Positions 47,275 through 49,939 of a stretch of 49,939 nt of DNA are shown in pieces. Position numbers and translations under genes: made by a program. The DNA is from Bacteroidota bacterium (GTDB lineage: Bacteria; Bacteroidota; Bacteroidia; J057; RFSG01). Positions within the stretch are counted from its first letter, which is position 1, and every line of letters starts with the position of its first letter. Under the pieces are notes generated by a model. That model did no database searches, had not been told where the DNA came from, and worked only from the letters and a program-made list of their open reading frames with translations. The stretch lies in contig CANHCC010000002.1 of NCBI GenBank assembly GCA_947459115.1, positions 1 through 49,939 on the forward strand. The letters run 5' to 3'.

Positions 47275-47278
47275 AGTA

Positions 47279-48112
47279 TTACTCAACGATTTTTACGGTG
47301 AAAGATATATTTTTATTAGGCCGGTCGGCATTACCGATTGGCTCAGCAGCAATTTTGTCAACAACTTCCATGCCTTTTATTACTTCTCCAAAAACAGTGT
47401 AATCACCATCCAGGAAAGGGGCGCCCCCCACTGTGGTGTAAATTTCGATTTGCTCCGGTGTAAATTCAAAAGTAGGTGGAGTTGGAAACTCTGCCTCAAA
47501 TTTTTTCTGTAGCCCTTCACTCACTTTTTTAAGAGAGTCCGGATTTCTTTTTTGTAAGCCTTCAAAATCCAGTTCCATATACCAAATATTCTCCGGTCTA
47601 TTAATAAATTCTCTTTGTAAAGCCTGAAGCTTTTGCATCTCCTTGTTGCCCCTCAACTCAGCCATCTCTTCTTTTGTGAAGGTTTTGCCATGGACAATAT
47701 AAAACTGTGAGCCGGACGATTTTTTTTCTGGATTCATTTCATCTCCAAGGCGAGCGGCTGCGAGAGCCCCTCTTTTGTGAAATTTCCCTGCTACAATTTC
47801 AGCGGGTTGCTCGTATCCCGGTCCTCCATTACCCAGCATTTTATCTGCAGGCGCATTTTTTGAATCCGGATCTCCTCCCTGAATCATAAATCCCTGAATC
47901 ACCCGATGAAATAAAAGGCCATCATAAAAGCCTGCTTTGGCCAGTTTGATGAAGTTATCTCTGTGCTTGGGTGTTTCATCGTAAAGTTTGATGTGTATTT
48001 CTCCATGTTCGGTGGAGATTATCACAGTGCCTTTCTCAGGGGCGTTTCCACATCCTGCAATCCATATCGTCAGGAATAGAATAATAAATGAAAATAGGGA
48101 GTTTCGTATCAT
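47279..48112 (-). CDS. Cyclophilin-type peptidyl-prolyl cis-trans isomerase (lipoprotein paralog) with large internal insertion
   Basis: 277 aa with a lipobox, IAGC. It has the same split cyclophilin architecture as the downstream paralog. Confidence 0.88.
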   Translation of the reverse strand: MIRNSLFSFIILFLTIWIAGCGNAPEKGTVIISTEHGEIHIKLYDETPKHRDNFIKLAKAGFYDGLLFHRVIQGFMIQGGDPDSKNAPADKMLGNGGPGYEQPAEIVAGKFHKRGALAAARLGDEMNPEKKSSGSQFYIVHGKTFTKEEMAELRGNKEMQKLQALQREFINRPENIWYMELDFEGLQKRNPDSLKKVSEGLQKKFEAEFPTPPTFEFTPEQIEIYTTVGGAPFLDGDYTVFGEVIKGMEVVDKIAAEPIGNADRPNKNISFTVKIVE

Positions 48113-48173
48113 AACTCAAAGATACGGTTTTGTTTGAATCGTTGATTCAAGCAAGGATATCAGGGAGTATCAT

Positions 48174-48208
48174 AAAAAAAATCGTCCGATACCAGGTACC
48201 GGACGATT
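48174..48208 (-). terminator. Rho-independent terminator of the H1-like gene
   Basis: AATCGTCCG (48180-48188) pairs with CGGACGATT (48200-48208). The A-run at 48174-48181 on the plus strand is a U-run after the hairpin on the minus-strand transcript. Confidence 0.7.
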
Positions 48209-48228
48209 TAGTTGCTCGTAAAGGGGAA

Positions 48229-48468
48229 TTACTTCTTTCCGCCTTTTTTAGCAGGAGCTTTCTTAGCAGCAGCTTTTTTAGCAGGCGCTTTTTTAGCAGC
48301 TGCTTTTTTAGCTGGAGCTTTCTTAGCGGCGGCTTTCTTGGCTGCTGCTTTTTTGGCAGGCGCTTTTTTAGCTGCTGCTTTTTTAGCAGGCGCTTTCTTA
48401 GCTGCTGCTTTTTTTGCCGGAGCTTTTTTAGCGGCGGCTTTCTTTGCTGGTTTTGTAACTTTTGCCAT
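48229..48468 (-). CDS. Histone H1-like Lys/Ala-rich repetitive DNA-binding protein
   Basis: The 79-aa product reads [30 protein letters not shown]...KKGGKK. It has its own terminator. The two plus-strand ORFs across it are repeat shadows. Confidence 0.75.
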   Translation of the reverse strand: MAKVTKPAKKAAAKKAPAKKAAAKKAPAKKAAAKKAPAKKAAAKKAAAKKAPAKKAAAKKAPAKKAAAKKAPAKKGGKK

Positions 48469-48998
48469 TGTTTTAAAATGTTAATGGTTGCAATTGACAG
48501 TCACTAAATTAGGTGGATAATTCAATCTGGATTATCCTACTTTTCCACAGGTGTTAAAAAATAATATTCGCTATTGAATACAATACTACAATCATATTCA
48601 AACTCGCACTAATAAAGGATTTCATGGATATGGGCCTAAAGATATTAATAGTAAATAAATTTATTATGAGTATGTTTTTCCACCAAATTGACTTCATCGT
48701 TATTATTTTTTCAACATCGTTTTTTCTCAATATTCTGTTTTTTCTCTTGGACTTCTTTCAGATAAGATAGTTTCTTAAGACAGGTAATTTGTCCTTTTGC
48801 TTAGCGATACATGCATCACCTTCAAAGAATCTTATCATGGTATTGCTTATGCTTAGCTTCTTGTTTCGATTGCAAGCGACATGGCTAAGGGATGAGGCAC
48901 GCCTGCATTGCCCTGCATGTATTAGGCATGTTTGCTATTATGTAATTGTTTTAGTTTGTATCTTTATACCTGACAGTACTAAGCAATATTAGAGGTTT

Positions 48999-49939
48999 AT
49001 GCAGTTTAGAACATTAGGTAATTCAGGGTTGAAGATTCCCGTTGTCTCAACAGGAACCTGGCTAACAGCCGGACATGGTAAGAGTGAATCTTCCGTATTA
49101 CAATTGTTAAAGGAGACCTTAGACCAGGGGTCTTGGTTCATTGATACGGCTGATGTATATGACAAAGGAGGTGCTGAGATTACAGTAGGACGCTTCTTAA
49201 AACAGGTTGGAAGAGATCAGGTGATTCTTGGTACAAAAGTGTTTGGACAGATGAGTCCCCATCCCTTGCACCAGGGATTGTCGCGTAGGCATGTGATGCA
49301 GGCTTGCGAGGCGTCTTTATCGAGATTACAAACGGATCACATTGATTTGTACCAATGCCACAGATATGATCCTTCCACGCCCTTACAGGAGGTTATTGAA
49401 ACAATGCATCTGTTGGTTCAGCAAGGTAAGATAAGGTATTGGGGGGTTAGTCAATGGTCAGCGGTTCAAATCACTAATGCGGTGAGGTTATGTGAGCAGT
49501 ATGGTTGGATAAAGCCTGTATCTAATCAACCAATTTACAATATGCTGAATCGATCTCTAGAAACTTCCGTGATGCAGGTATGTGCCACAGAAGGTCTGGG
49601 TATTTTATGTTACAGTCCATTGTCTCAAGGTGTGCTGACCGGTAAATATCAAACGGCAGATAAGTTACCGGAGGGTAGCAGGGCTGCGGATCCAATAGCA
49701 GGAAAATCCTTTCCCTTTAAGCGATTAACCGAGGAAACGTTTGGTAAGCTGGAAGCCCTGAAGGCGATTGCTCAGGAGGTAGGATGTAGTATGACCAATC
49801 TTGCGCTTGCCTGGTGTCTTAGATTGCCTCCCGTTACATCTGTGATAACCGGCTATAGCCGAAGGGAGCAGATATTGGAAAATACTGCAGCAGGTGAAAT
49901 TCATTTGTCAGCAGAAGTATGGGCAAGGATAGAAAGTAT
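48999..49939 (+). CDS. Aldo/keto reductase (3' end beyond window)
   Basis: It is absent from the ORF track because it is open to the window edge. Manual translation from the ATG at 48999 gives MQFRTLGNSGLKIPVVSTGTWL....FIDTADVYDKGGAEITVG.FLK...RDQVILGTKV.....GLSRRHVMQACEASLSRLQTDHIDLYQCHRYD..TPL.E....M..LV.QGKIRYWGVSQWS. Confidence 0.88.
   Translation, partial: MQFRTLGNSGLKIPVVSTGTWLTAGHGKSESSVLQLLKETLDQGSWFIDTADVYDKGGAEITVGRFLKQVGRDQVILGTKVFGQMSPHPLHQGLSRRHVMQACEASLSRLQTDHIDLYQCHRYDPSTPLQEVIETMHLLVQQGKIRYWGVSQWSAVQITNAVRLCEQYGWIKPVSNQPIYNMLNRSLETSVMQVCATEGLGILCYSPLSQGVLTGKYQTADKLPEGSRAADPIAGKSFPFKRLTEETFGKLEALKAIAQEVGCSMTNLALAWCLRLPPVTSVITGYSRREQILENTAAGEIHLSAEVWARIES

Noticed and set aside
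48130-48507. Plus-strand ORFs (125 aa and 90 aa) rich in Phe/Leu/Ala/Ser/Cys across the H1-like gene
   Set aside because: They are reverse-complement artefacts of the Lys/Ala codon repeat. The minus strand has an ATG, a sensible product and a correctly oriented terminator.
48789-48992. 67-aa plus-strand ORF immediately upstream of the aldo/keto reductase
   Set aside because: It has a Cys/Leu/Phe-rich odd composition, no recognisable motif, and lies in an AT-rich promoter-like region. Without expression data it cannot be supported.

Overview
This window looks like a chromosomal, mostly housekeeping segment of a Bacteroidota genome. That placement is an inference from a T9SS-type C-terminal sorting domain, TAnnTTTG-like promoter boxes, a DUF4783-like gene beside nadC, and gene content. 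GC is mid-40s percent by eye.

I support about 45 protein genes. They include smpB, gpmI, nadC, hemE, lpxD, rpsA, fabG, fmt, yajQ, kup, rpsP and rimM. There are also several peptidases (M1, M43, M49 and a papain-like protein), a DtxR-family regulator divergent from a TonB-dependent receptor, and two tandem cyclophilins.

Three genes are missing from the ORF track. Two are cut by the window edges: a giant repetitive surface protein (1-5423, minus strand, about 1807 aa visible) and an aldo/keto reductase (48999-49939, plus strand). The third is a 53-aa ribbon-helix-helix ORF (37649-37810, minus strand), which is below the track size cutoff.

I found no rRNA, tRNA, tmRNA, CRISPR array or intact mobile element. 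I see no recognisable multi-gene defence or novel-system locus.

The most unusual items are:
- a 14-unit tandem array of palindrome-plus-G-tract repeats that fills the whole convergent intergenic gap at 15894-16227, with degenerate relatives elsewhere;
- a second mini-hairpin repeat family at 12833-12866 and 37464-37510;
- an M1 metallopeptidase fused to an Omp85-like C-terminal barrel (23142-26333);
- a secreted papain-fold protein whose catalytic residues all appear substituted (44438-45175);
- an orphan ArdC-N gene fragment inside a ~1 kb non-coding island (28534-29523).

All family calls come from motif recognition by eye, not from database searches.
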